Shown here: in pieces, positions 55,464 through 64,000 of the stretch | Layout of the letters: each line of letters starts with the position of its first letter | How positions within the stretch are numbered: position 1 is the first letter of the stretch | Virus genome (UHGV): UHGV-1353844 | Length of the DNA: 64,000 nt | Direction: 5' to 3' (one strand) | Origin: a virus | Translations under genes and position numbers: made by a program | The notes under the pieces: generated by a model | The model's input: the letters and a program-made list of their open reading frames with translations, nothing else | Told to the model about the DNA's origin: nothing | Database searches by the model: none

Positions 55464-58400
55464 TTATTGCTCCGGTTTTAATGGAACATCTTCTATCGTT
55501 AACGTAACGTCTAAGACCGCTTGACTGTGGTCAGTAATCGCTAAGTCACGATAAATATTAGCGTTGGGTCCGTAGGTTTTATAAGTAACGTAGAGACCTA
55601 ACGCACGTAGCACTTCTCCAGTGTAGAACCCATAAGCCATTCCGTTATCAGAAGACTCTCGAGCGGCTGGAGACCACGCTCCATTAATCGGCTTATTCGG
55701 AATTGAGGTAATCGTAAACCCTTCACCTAACTCCTTAATTGCCGCATTAACCACTTTTTCGTAGTTCGGATTCGTTGCACCGGCGAGTAATGCCCAGCAA
55801 CACCCTGCTAACCACAACCCACACATATGTGCGGTGAAGTCGTTTTCCACCCAAACAGCTTTATCCGGTGCTGTAGGGAACTCGTTAGGAGTGTGGCCGT
55901 TAAACCGATCCACAAACCCACCTAGCCAATTCACCCAGTTGTCAATATAGGTTGTTAACGCCTCGGGAACGTCTTTACCTCGCAGTTTCAGTTCGTACCA
56001 ACACCGACACGCAGCATGAAACGCGCGAGGCTGATACCCTGCCCAAGGATGGTCATCACCCCAATGGAACGTCGTCCAGGTATCCGCTTCTCCGTAGCTG
56101 TAGTTGTCCCAACGGTTCCAGATATAAGCTGCGCAACCAGGTCCTAATTCCCCAATTTGCTGTTGGTAAGCCAACTGCGAATCGTGCAGGAATTGAATCT
56201 GGTTATCTAACCACAACTTATACCGGTCGTCTTTGTGGATACTGTACATAAACGGATACTGATAACCTGGATAAGGCATCCCGTGCCAAGCACCTAACTG
56301 TTCTGAACCTTCTAAGTAGCTGTTCGTGAACGGTATCGTACCCGGACAGTACGCTAACGAATCCAATCGGTAATCTACAATCGTACAATCACCCACCTTT
56401 GCATCAAACTCTGCACCACCGCGTAAGGCAATACGGAAGGTTAAAATATAACCATCGTCTTTATTAAAGACCGGTGGGACATCGTTAACACAATAGTAAG
56501 CAAAGTGTGCATGGTCAACTGTGGAGTCAGGAAGAATCGTGACCTGATCCACCTTATCGAAATTCGGTGCTGAAGGTTTAGGGTCAGCGTCTGTGTGGTC
56601 TGGCTGATAACCGGAAAGTGTGGCTTCATCCGGATTCAACGTTACCTGACGCCATTCGTTGTTTGTGTTGGGTAACATCCACCACCAAAGCCAGTTATCA
56701 CTGTCGACTAAACGCAAGTTAAAATCTGCGTCTGCACGGTAAACAATAGAAACGGGTTTTACCTTCTCTTCAGCGGTTAACCAAAACCCGATAATAAACC
56801 CGGCACTGTCATCAGGAAATTCCGCTTCTACCACGGTACCCGCGCGACCATCGTAAATGCTATCCTCAAAACGTTCTTCCCACGTACAACCACCGTAGTC
56901 CGAACACGCACGGGCTTCAGCTATCAGGTAGTCTCCCCCTTCTGGGGTGGTAATACGGGAAAGTTGGCCTAAGTCAACATCGTACTGTTTAACGGTATTT
57001 ACCGTAGACCGAGGTAAGGTTAAACCGTACCAGTTTACCTCCTCGGTATCAGCTTTCGCAGGGTTAATGTTCACCATCACTTTACAGTAGACAGGATCGC
57101 CATTCTTACAAACTCCACCGTACGTGACACGTAGTTTAGAGTCTTTGTTAATCCTGAACCTAACCGCTTTTTGCTCCATAAAGTGCTGCGCCGCTTCAGG
57201 CACGTGGATGGTAATGTCTCCATTCTCATCACGGCCGTAGGTGGCACTTACGGTATCTGGGTAATCGAAATCGTACGAAATACCGTCAGTAAACGGTGTA
57301 TCCGCAGCGGTAGAACGACGGAAGAATTTATCTGTCGCATCAATATACGTGTACTCATGTGCGGTGTAGAAAGCACAGTCTAATGCTTGTTTGTATTTCT
57401 CTTCACCTGTGATTCGCCACAGCAAATAACAGGCGTCGATAAACCACAGTTCAGCATCAGCGGCGTTACCGTATTGGTTTTTCGACCCTAAGAACGGTGT
57501 GTGGACCGGACGGTTGTGCCACGGCTCATTACGTTTAAATTCGTAACCGCCGTGTTCGACAGGAAGTTTTACCGCGTAGTTAATTAAATAGACACCGTTT
57601 AACTGTGTGTCTTTTAACTGTACGGTACCTTTATCAGCGTCTGCTAATCCCGTCTCAATAATTTCACCATCCTGGATTTTGTTACCCGTCCAGGCAATTA
57701 TCCAGTCAACGTCGTGTTTAGGAGCTTTTGTTGCAGAGCCGCCCCAAAGCGGGGTGTAACCTGTAGTATTATTTAGCAGTGTTGGCCAATCGACCCAAGC
57801 TGTGCTTTCGTAAGGCTTATCAGGATTAGTAATAACGTGAGTTAAAACGTCTTCCCAATTAATCGACCCTTCTTTGTCTTCCTTGATAATCTGTACATCT
57901 GCGTTAATCGCGGCCCAGGCAGGGTGGCCACGATATGCAAACGTACAGATATCCAAATACTCTCCCCAGAAAGGTGCACCGTGCGGTATCTTACATTGGC
58001 CATTTGTAAACCTTACAGGAACACATTTATACCCGCCGTTGGTAGGTTCCGTAGGGTGAATAGGATAGTGTGCTAATACCGGTTCTTTCCCGTTTACTAA
58101 CCAGTTACAAATCCGACGCTGGGGTGTTGTCGGAATAGGCTGTCCGGCGTAGAAGTACGTGTTGTACGCATCCCAGGCGTGTTTCGCAGCATCTAACCAT
58201 CTTTCGTCTTTTGTTGCGATATACATGTGGCAATAACCGATAATGTGTAACGACTGACCCTCGGTCGTTGCGTCACCGTTCGGTTGGTATTCCGCCATGG
58301 TATCAGCGATGAAATGACGGTTATTCGACAGAACACCTTCTTCGTTTTGAATGTAATGATCGATATGTGCGTCGTTAGTCGTTCCCGTATTCCGGGTAAC

Positions 58401-58469
58401 GAAGGATTGGTGACCGTAAGCTAACGATAACGCGTAGCTAATCGCGTGACGCTGAAAATGTTTTCTCAT
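55464..58469 (-). CDS. large Trp/aromatic-rich protein (1001 aa), putative receptor-binding enzyme (tailspike/depolymerase-like)
   Basis: Start codon immediately follows stop of the small anchor-bearing gene (TAAATG); function inferred only from context and composition. Confidence 0.4.
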   Translation of the reverse strand: MRKHFQRHAISYALSLAYGHQSFVTRNTGTTNDAHIDHYIQNEEGVLSNNRHFIADTMAEYQPNGDATTEGQSLHIIGYCHMYIATKDERWLDAAKHAWDAYNTYFYAGQPIPTTPQRRICNWLVNGKEPVLAHYPIHPTEPTNGGYKCVPVRFTNGQCKIPHGAPFWGEYLDICTFAYRGHPAWAAINADVQIIKEDKEGSINWEDVLTHVITNPDKPYESTAWVDWPTLLNNTTGYTPLWGGSATKAPKHDVDWIIAWTGNKIQDGEIIETGLADADKGTVQLKDTQLNGVYLINYAVKLPVEHGGYEFKRNEPWHNRPVHTPFLGSKNQYGNAADAELWFIDACYLLWRITGEEKYKQALDCAFYTAHEYTYIDATDKFFRRSTAADTPFTDGISYDFDYPDTVSATYGRDENGDITIHVPEAAQHFMEQKAVRFRINKDSKLRVTYGGVCKNGDPVYCKVMVNINPAKADTEEVNWYGLTLPRSTVNTVKQYDVDLGQLSRITTPEGGDYLIAEARACSDYGGCTWEERFEDSIYDGRAGTVVEAEFPDDSAGFIIGFWLTAEEKVKPVSIVYRADADFNLRLVDSDNWLWWWMLPNTNNEWRQVTLNPDEATLSGYQPDHTDADPKPSAPNFDKVDQVTILPDSTVDHAHFAYYCVNDVPPVFNKDDGYILTFRIALRGGAEFDAKVGDCTIVDYRLDSLAYCPGTIPFTNSYLEGSEQLGAWHGMPYPGYQYPFMYSIHKDDRYKLWLDNQIQFLHDSQLAYQQQIGELGPGCAAYIWNRWDNYSYGEADTWTTFHWGDDHPWAGYQPRAFHAACRCWYELKLRGKDVPEALTTYIDNWVNWLGGFVDRFNGHTPNEFPTAPDKAVWVENDFTAHMCGLWLAGCCWALLAGATNPNYEKVVNAAIKELGEGFTITSIPNKPINGAWSPAARESSDNGMAYGFYTGEVLRALGLYVTYKTYGPNANIYRDLAITDHSQAVLDVTLTIEDVPLKPEQ

Positions 58470-58934
58470 TTAGTAACCCGCTGCAAGAAGAGAACCTTTC
58501 CAAGTGGCACCCCCGTCAAGGGTATAAAGCGACAGAGTGTCTTCCGCATTTGCCGTGTAGGATAAAACCGGTTTTGCACCGTGAGGCCACTTAACGTTTT
58601 CAGGCCAGGTTACTTTATTCGCCCCTGTTCCCTGCTTAAACGTTAGCATTACTTCGAAACGGGTATTTTCCGCAACGTTAGTAAGGGCTGCGAACGTCAC
58701 CGTAGTAGTGGGATCGTTTAACACCAGAATAATGTCAGTGCTGGTATTGAAATCCAACGTGGCGGCATTATTCGAACCGTTAACCGTGGTGACTGTCGCA
58801 ACCGGGGCTAACTTATCAACATCAATTTTATATTCTTTATTGTCTTTGCTATACAGCAGTACCCCGCCCTGCGGTGTGCCTGCGTAGCTTTCGAGCTCAT
58901 GGAGTCTCGTCTTCTTCAGTGCTGTCGCCATCTG
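58470..58934 (-). CDS. small protein with N-terminal long-tail-fibre-like anchor
   Basis: Start set to ATG at 58934 (GAGG SD): MATALKKTRLHELESYAGTPQGGVLLYSKDNKEYKIDV parallels fibre N-terminus MAKAVKKIRLHDLRPYTGDIGEGVLLFSKDEKDYKLPV. Confidence 0.45.
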   Translation of the reverse strand, partial: QMATALKKTRLHELESYAGTPQGGVLLYSKDNKEYKIDVDKLAPVATVTTVNGSNNAATLDFNTSTDIILVLNDPTTTVTFAALTNVAENTRFEVMLTFKQGTGANKVTWPENVKWPHGAKPVLSYTANAEDTLSLYTLDGGATWKGSLLAAGY

Positions 58935-59460
58935 TAACCTCGAATGTAAGAACGGCATTGTCACCAATACAGAAGATTGCATCTTCTTCGTTTGCTAATG
59001 CCCGTTCGGTTGTATCAAACAACGTCACCATAAACGCGTTCATCCACGCAGGAGAATCGTCGGCAACGTTAACGGAAATGGGATCGTTACCTAAAGTGAT
59101 ATCTGAAGCACGTAAATCCTCGGGTTGTAAGTTCGTTCCGCAGAATTCATTTACAACACTAAGAATGTCACGAACGTTGTCTTCAGTACCGTCTAACGAA
59201 ATCAGAATGGGTTCATACGTTAATACTTCATCTGCGTCGAGTCTGTCGTAATAAACCACAACAGACGCACCATCTGGTTTTCTGATTTTACTGATTTCGG
59301 TAATGGTGTTACGACGCGAAGTTGTTGGAGATGAGTTTGTTACGGTCCCGCTAATACGTATTTCGTTTAGCGTAAGCTGTAACCCATTATCGTGATTGAT
59401 TAAAGCGACCACTAGCTCTGCTGAGGTCAGACTCAAATCAGGTACGTATGGTGTGGCCAC
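58897..59460 (-). CDS. hypothetical protein, paralog of 48961..49473
   Basis: 187 aa; GTG start with GGAGGG SD; acidic C-terminal tail. Confidence 0.45.
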   Translation of the reverse strand: MATPYVPDLSLTSAELVVALINHDNGLQLTLNEIRISGTVTNSSPTTSRRNTITEISKIRKPDGASVVVYYDRLDADEVLTYEPILISLDGTEDNVRDILSVVNEFCGTNLQPEDLRASDITLGNDPISVNVADDSPAWMNAFMVTLFDTTERALANEEDAIFCIGDNAVLTFEVTDGDSTEEDETP

Positions 59461-59474
59461 TTAACCCTCCGAGA

Positions 59475-59520
59475 TCAAAAAAAAATAAAACACCTACCGC
59501 CCATAGAATCGGGCGGTAGG
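59475..59520 (-). terminator. rho-independent terminator (minus strand)
   Basis: CCTACCGCCC-ATAGAATC-GGGCGGTAGG hairpin followed on minus strand by GTTTTATTTTTTTTTG. Confidence 0.6.
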
Positions 59521-59586
59521 AGACTATTCTGTAGTTAAAAATCAAGAATGATTAGTGATTTTTCCGGAAGATTTCGATAGAATTTT

Positions 59587-59961
59587 TTATTCGGTTAATT
59601 CTCCACACAACACAACGTCGATACCAAACATCATTCCCACTTCTTGAAGTTTGTTCGCCAGTAAGTGTCGATGACAAAACTTACCTGCGGGACAATAACA
59701 CATCAAAACCAAGTCATCGTGTCTGAGTAACGACACTAAAACTTCGGCATCAGTATCTAACAGTCGTTCGAGTTTGTACAAATACTTTATCGTGTACTCA
59801 CGTTCAGCGGCAGCGTCCTTGACAGAAGATTTATACGCCATTAGGAAATCCCAGTCGGGGGCGAGTTCCTTTCGACCTGACTTCACGGTGATATCCACCG
59901 CGTGAAATCCTTTCTGCTTAGCTAACCGCCACTTAGCGAGTTGTAGCGTCCAGATACGCAT
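59587..59961 (-). CDS. DUF488-like protein (putative)
   Basis: 124 aa; C-terminal motif LVLMCYCPAGKFCHRHLLANKL resembles DUF488 (YeaO-like) signature C-x-C…C-H-R-x-L-L-A. Confidence 0.4.
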   Translation of the reverse strand: MRIWTLQLAKWRLAKQKGFHAVDITVKSGRKELAPDWDFLMAYKSSVKDAAAEREYTIKYLYKLERLLDTDAEVLVSLLRHDDLVLMCYCPAGKFCHRHLLANKLQEVGMMFGIDVVLCGELTE

Positions 59962-60158
59962 TAGGAGCGAGTCTGCGATTCAGCCATCAACGCACAACTT
60001 TTTACAGCTTGTGCATGAAGCTCTGTACCCGGTGTATAATCCTTTATACAGTCCTGGTACAATTCACGTTTCGTTTCTAAAGTACGGCTATCTAACTCAG
60101 CACTTGCGAGTGCCCCTGCAATAACGATAAAAACTAGAATCGGCAACCAAATTTTCAT
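59961..60158 (-). CDS. small secreted/membrane-anchored protein
   Basis: 65 aa; N-terminal hydrophobic segment MKIWLPILVFIVIAGALASA; two Cys. Confidence 0.4.
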   Translation of the reverse strand: MKIWLPILVFIVIAGALASAELDSRTLETKRELYQDCIKDYTPGTELHAQAVKSCALMAESQTRS

Positions 60159-60367
60159 TTCCCTCCTCCCATTCGATTAGCGTATTCCGTACACGCCATT
60201 ACTAATTCAGCGTAGCGTGGATTATCTACAGTAGTGCCTGACATACATTCACGATAAAGGGAGTCTCTACGTGATTCGTCAGACGTCTTAACGTAGAACA
60301 TCAACATCGCTACAATCAACGCAGTTGAAACGATTGCTGAAATGATATATCCGTCATTTATTTTCAT
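60155..60367 (-). CDS. small membrane-anchored protein
   Basis: 70 aa; TM segment ISAIVSTALIVAMLMFYV; Cys pattern similar to neighbour. Confidence 0.4.
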   Translation of the reverse strand: MKINDGYIISAIVSTALIVAMLMFYVKTSDESRRDSLYRECMSGTTVDNPRYAELVMACTEYANRMGGGK

Positions 60368-60884
60368 CTATAAAACACCAAGGTTCCGGATAAAAGTCTG
60401 TAAGTAAATCAACGTAAAAACTACGTAAATTTGTTAGCCTTATAACACACCCTAACAAATCCTGATCAGTGCGATGATAAATCACCACAGAAGTTTCTGA
60501 TAATCGTTTAACATGTATAAACCCATCATCTTTTATTCTGCGATACAGCATCTTAAAATCGATTTCACCTACCGTATCAGGTTCACCTACGACGGAAAAC
60601 CGAATATGTGGCCGTTCGCTACCTTGGGTTGATAAAAATTCCTCTGTCGTCATTGCATAAACCTGCCCTAAAAAGGATAGGTGTGGAATTACTTCTTTAC
60701 GCAACTCGCTGCTCGAAATCTTAGCAAAAACCTGACGTTCCGTTAAGCGCATTAATCCACCTAATCTCTTCAAGTCTTTGTTATATCTCAAAAAAAGAGC
60801 CACTTTCTCGTCATGCGTAATAGGCGGCCATTCGACCGCCTTTGCACGACATTGCTTAAACCAACCCACAAGTCGTGCTATCAC
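60354..60884 (-). CDS. hypothetical protein
   Basis: 176-aa ORF. Confidence 0.45.
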   Translation of the reverse strand: MIARLVGWFKQCRAKAVEWPPITHDEKVALFLRYNKDLKRLGGLMRLTERQVFAKISSSELRKEVIPHLSFLGQVYAMTTEEFLSTQGSERPHIRFSVVGEPDTVGEIDFKMLYRRIKDDGFIHVKRLSETSVVIYHRTDQDLLGCVIRLTNLRSFYVDLLTDFYPEPWCFIDENK

Positions 60885-60886
60885 GT

Positions 60887-61579
60887 TTAGTAATCCTCAA
60901 TCTGGTTTACTACACTTTGAATACGTGTTGCGACTTCATTAGTGTCCAGGTCAGTTTCGTCTACTTTATCCACGAGTTTCTGTACTTTACGTACATGTGG
61001 CTCGGTGATATCAAAACGACCACGGTCGGCTAACAGCAACGTTACCATATCCTTACGCGAAACCATCAGTTCCTCTTCAGGTAAGTGTAAGGATTTGTCT
61101 AATAGTCCAGAATGCATGAAGTTTTCCAGTAAGCGTTCTTCTCCCTGGTCGAAATCATAGCGTTCATTAGGCGCAGCAACGAAAGCATAGCCGAAGTAGT
61201 TTTCTTCTGTCTCACGTAGCGACTTGATGATTTTGTCGCCGTGCTGACAGAAGTCACTTAACGTGTAGTCGTCAAGCGTGGCCACGACGGTTTCTGCTTG
61301 TACACCATTATCTGTTTCGTACAGATGCGCAACCCAGAGTTTCCAGTTACGTGGTTCGTCAAACAAACCACCGATTAACATATCAGTCGCTGCCATGCGC
61401 ATACGCGGTGACGTTGTGAACTGGAAACCACGACCTGCGTACGGACCAATAGGACGAATAGAGCTACCGACGAAAGTAATACGGTTTAGCGCATTTTCAG
61501 CAATGGTGTGCGCAGTACGGTTAGCAGCCGCTTTCGGGTTATACTTTTTGTTACGAGGTTTCTTTTGTTTGGTAGCCAT
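60887..61579 (-). CDS. hypothetical protein
   Basis: 230-aa ORF; basic N-terminus (KQKKPRNKK). Confidence 0.45.
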   Translation of the reverse strand: MATKQKKPRNKKYNPKAAANRTAHTIAENALNRITFVGSSIRPIGPYAGRGFQFTTSPRMRMAATDMLIGGLFDEPRNWKLWVAHLYETDNGVQAETVVATLDDYTLSDFCQHGDKIIKSLRETEENYFGYAFVAAPNERYDFDQGEERLLENFMHSGLLDKSLHLPEEELMVSRKDMVTLLLADRGRFDITEPHVRKVQKLVDKVDETDLDTNEVATRIQSVVNQIEDY

Positions 61580-62061
61580 TATTTATTCTCAACTAATACT
61601 GTGTGAAATGCTTTGTAAAGAGCTTGACGTGCTTCAATTAATACAGGCCGATTAATCAAGCACATGTATCCGATTTTCCAAGACCAGTAAGACGTGTCAT
61701 CGGTATTTAATCCATAGTCAGGTTCAAGATATACCAAATCCGTGTATGCGTCTGGTATATAAAGACGACACAAACTAAGATTCCAGAAATTCGGTAAATC
61801 TGATTTTGCAAGTTCGGTCATAACCTGCATTGGAATCTGACTTCCAATAGCGTCTGTTGCAAAAACGATATGCAGATTTCCAGGTGACTTAGAATACATA
61901 CCGTGACCTTCACAGCTCCACATTGTCGCCAGGTGCGGATGGTCGTTGATTAGTTTACAGGTATCACGAACACCTTTCTCAATGTAACCGTTTTTGATTG
62001 CAGACTGAGCACGTTCTTTAAACGACGCCAGTCTTTCTGCGCCAACAGAAAATTGAATCAT
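61579..62061 (-). CDS. hypothetical protein
   Basis: 160-aa ORF. Confidence 0.45.
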   Translation of the reverse strand: MIQFSVGAERLASFKERAQSAIKNGYIEKGVRDTCKLINDHPHLATMWSCEGHGMYSKSPGNLHIVFATDAIGSQIPMQVMTELAKSDLPNFWNLSLCRLYIPDAYTDLVYLEPDYGLNTDDTSYWSWKIGYMCLINRPVLIEARQALYKAFHTVLVENK

Positions 62062-62522
62062 GACGGACTCTTCCCTAAAATTATCTCACGCATTTCCAGG
62101 TAGGTGTCAAACGGCACCACGGTGTCTTTATAACGCAACGTTACGTAGGTTACGAAGTGTTGCGGTGCCAGGAAAGCACGTTTTGGCGACCCGTCGTGGT
62201 TGTAATACTGTTTCGGACGATAATTGTTGAAAATATCTTCCCGTGGGAACAGCGATTTCTGAATAACCACTTCCCAACGATGTGGTGTTTCCAAAAGCGC
62301 AATACGACCCAGTATGTCATCTACCCAACGTTCCTTGTTTTCAGTTAATACGAAACTGATGTGGTGATGTTGAACTTCTGCTAATGCAATTTCGGGTTCT
62401 TTATCCAGTTTCAGCAATACCGCAAACAGAGGACGGTAATCGGAATCGTACAAGTCACGGAAAGTGGTTTTCTCACGCTGTTTAAACAACTCAACAATTT
62501 CTTTAGATTCGAAGCAATTCAT
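62058..62522 (-). CDS. hypothetical protein
   Basis: Start set to ATG at 62522, overlapping upstream stop as ATGA (track ORF extends to 62564). Confidence 0.4.
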   Translation of the reverse strand: MNCFESKEIVELFKQREKTTFRDLYDSDYRPLFAVLLKLDKEPEIALAEVQHHHISFVLTENKERWVDDILGRIALLETPHRWEVVIQKSLFPREDIFNNYRPKQYYNHDGSPKRAFLAPQHFVTYVTLRYKDTVVPFDTYLEMREIILGKSPS

Positions 62523-62914
62523 TTTGAAATCCCCAATTCGTAAGTAACTAAATCGAACAAACACATTTCCAGCATTGCCTGATACAAGGTGTGTTCTCCA
62601 TTACCTACAAAACCGTTGGTCAACATTTTATACGTATCTTTCCCAAACATCGTCATGGTGTCAATAGGACGTTTTTCGATAATACGTAGTAGCGAAATTT
62701 CCATTACAATCCAATAAGCAGGTTCAACCCTAATTCTAAATAACGGATCAATTTTACTTATTGTTTTATCCCAAATCCTAAACCAACGAACCCATTCTGT
62801 GCTATTCTGGGGTATACGCAATCTAAGACGCGTATACGGTGAGTTGTTATATTGGTCAATAAATGTCTCAATGACATCAGCTTTTCTTGACATTATACCT
62901 AATATTGCGGTCAT
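62519..62914 (-). CDS. hypothetical protein
   Basis: 131-aa ORF. Confidence 0.45.
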   Translation of the reverse strand: MTAILGIMSRKADVIETFIDQYNNSPYTRLRLRIPQNSTEWVRWFRIWDKTISKIDPLFRIRVEPAYWIVMEISLLRIIEKRPIDTMTMFGKDTYKMLTNGFVGNGEHTLYQAMLEMCLFDLVTYELGISK

Positions 62915-62960
62915 CTCTATATTCTCCTAATCATTAAAATAGCCGCAGTTGTAAAAAAGA

Positions 62961-63482
62961 CTACGGGTTAAAAGGTAGCGGCTTGCAATCCCGCTTTTTC
63001 AACTCTTCTACTAACTCAGGTAATGTACACCAACGTTTAAATTTGTTGTTGGCTTTAAAGTGGCCGAGAATCTCCTCTACGCGTTCAATAGACCACTTCC
63101 CTTTACCCACGTTATCCAAATCTTTACGTACCGAGAGCGTCTCAATGGTAAACGCTAACTCTGAACTATCCGAGTGGTCGTACAACAATCTTACTGGTGT
63201 AGATTGGTGTAGCGTAACACGCCACCCTGACTCTTTAGCCCAGTAGACGTCTTTAATTCGACCACTGACGTCAATTACGGAACTGATATAAGTCCAGTCA
63301 TCTTCCAGTTTATTCTCTTCAGCAGTTAATGCTTCTTCTAATCGTAAAGAGTTAGGAGTCGGAATCCACCAACCGTATTTACTGTAATAGTCGTCTACTA
63401 CAGTAATACCTTCGTAATACAGATATTGTGTTTTTGTATTAACGAAAATTTCATCGCCAATTAAGACAGCGTTTATCTTCAT
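62961..63482 (-). CDS. hypothetical protein
   Basis: 173-aa ORF. Confidence 0.45.
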   Translation of the reverse strand: MKINAVLIGDEIFVNTKTQYLYYEGITVVDDYYSKYGWWIPTPNSLRLEEALTAEENKLEDDWTYISSVIDVSGRIKDVYWAKESGWRVTLHQSTPVRLLYDHSDSSELAFTIETLSVRKDLDNVGKGKWSIERVEEILGHFKANNKFKRWCTLPELVEELKKRDCKPLPFNP

Positions 63483-63970
63483 CGTAAGTGCTTCCTGTAA
63501 AATAAGTCGTACGTTTGTGATGAAGCTGTATCAATCGAACCTACTAAGGGAATGATATTCTTTTCGGTTATACCTGTTGCCCATGCTGCTCGAGCAAAAC
63601 CTTGACCCGAACCCGTTGCCCAAACCGTGTTTTTATTCAGTACACGAGATTCAAATTTACCCTCTAGCAGCCCGAGCCAGTGTGTTTCCTTAGCTGTAAA
63701 AATGATAACCTGATCGAAAAGTTGTTCTTTTTCGATAAGATCTTTAAATATCTCTTCAACCTTAGTTCGCTTTTCTTCGATCAAATATTTTTCTGCTCCG
63801 GACATTATCGTCGTTTTCCAGAGATCCGAGTCCAATACACGTTCCCCAGTGTAAACAACGAATTTGTTTTTGTATTTGTGTAATTTAGGAAGCTCTTTAA
63901 CTGTGCCGCCGTAATCAACCAACCGATCAGCTAAAATGTAATCCTTTGTTACTAATACCGTTGTCATCAC
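63479..63970 (-). CDS. hypothetical protein
   Basis: 163-aa ORF; ATGA overlap with downstream gene. Confidence 0.45.
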   Translation of the reverse strand: MMTTVLVTKDYILADRLVDYGGTVKELPKLHKYKNKFVVYTGERVLDSDLWKTTIMSGAEKYLIEEKRTKVEEIFKDLIEKEQLFDQVIIFTAKETHWLGLLEGKFESRVLNKNTVWATGSGQGFARAAWATGITEKNIIPLVGSIDTASSQTYDLFYRKHLR

Positions 63971-64000
63971 ACACCTCGAAGAAAAATAAAAGTACCCTCT

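Noticed and set aside
1-64000. Prophage/mobile element signatures (integrase, transposase, att sites, IS elements) and CRISPR arrays
   Set aside because: No recombinase-like ORFs, no terminal inverted repeats or direct-repeat/spacer arrays detected; gene content is consistent with a virulent phage segment.

Overview
This window reads as part of a large virulent tailed dsDNA phage genome, probably infecting an enterobacterium: 70+ tightly packed genes, many ATGA/TAATG start-stop overlaps, strong AAGGAG-type ribosome-binding sites, numerous hairpin+T-tract terminators, and no tRNA, CRISPR, integrase or transposase that I could see. Layout: (i) 1-12.6 kb, minus-strand accessory/early-like genes (secreted SLT lytic transglycosylase, TARG1-like macrodomain, GNAT, SMC/Rad50-like ATPase, five consecutive signal-peptide proteins, three tandem paralogs with a shared C-terminal module). 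(ii) 12.9-36.3 kb, plus-strand block with four very large fibre-like proteins (1440/1393/1728/399 aa) sharing an N-terminal anchor module, followed by the most unusual feature: an 8-gene operon (30815-36282) with three paralogous small proteins whose C-terminal halves are near-perfect (Cys-x3)n repeats, two radical SAM enzymes (one with a SPASM-type C-terminal Cys cluster) and three unknown proteins. This looks like a phage-borne RiPP-like or crosslinked-protein maturation system and is my top candidate for an undescribed system. (iii) 36.3-64 kb, minus-strand genes: paralogous small proteins, a lone plus-strand lipoprotein, a lysis cassette (GH108 muramidase, DUF1353, M15 peptidase), many small unknown genes, a 1488-aa long tail fibre with coiled coil, Phage_fiber_2-type repeats and a C-terminal intramolecular-chaperone (peptidase S74) domain, followed by two gp38-like adhesins (one glycine-rich), and a 1001-aa putative receptor-binding enzyme preceded by a small protein carrying the same N-terminal anchor as the long fibre. 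A conserved ~21-bp AT-rich motif next to a hairpin recurs at five loci (promoter-like), and two intergenic C8-C10 homopolymer tracts share flanking sequence. All functional calls rest on motif recognition by eye, without database searches; coordinates of re-called starts were derived by hand and should be verified.
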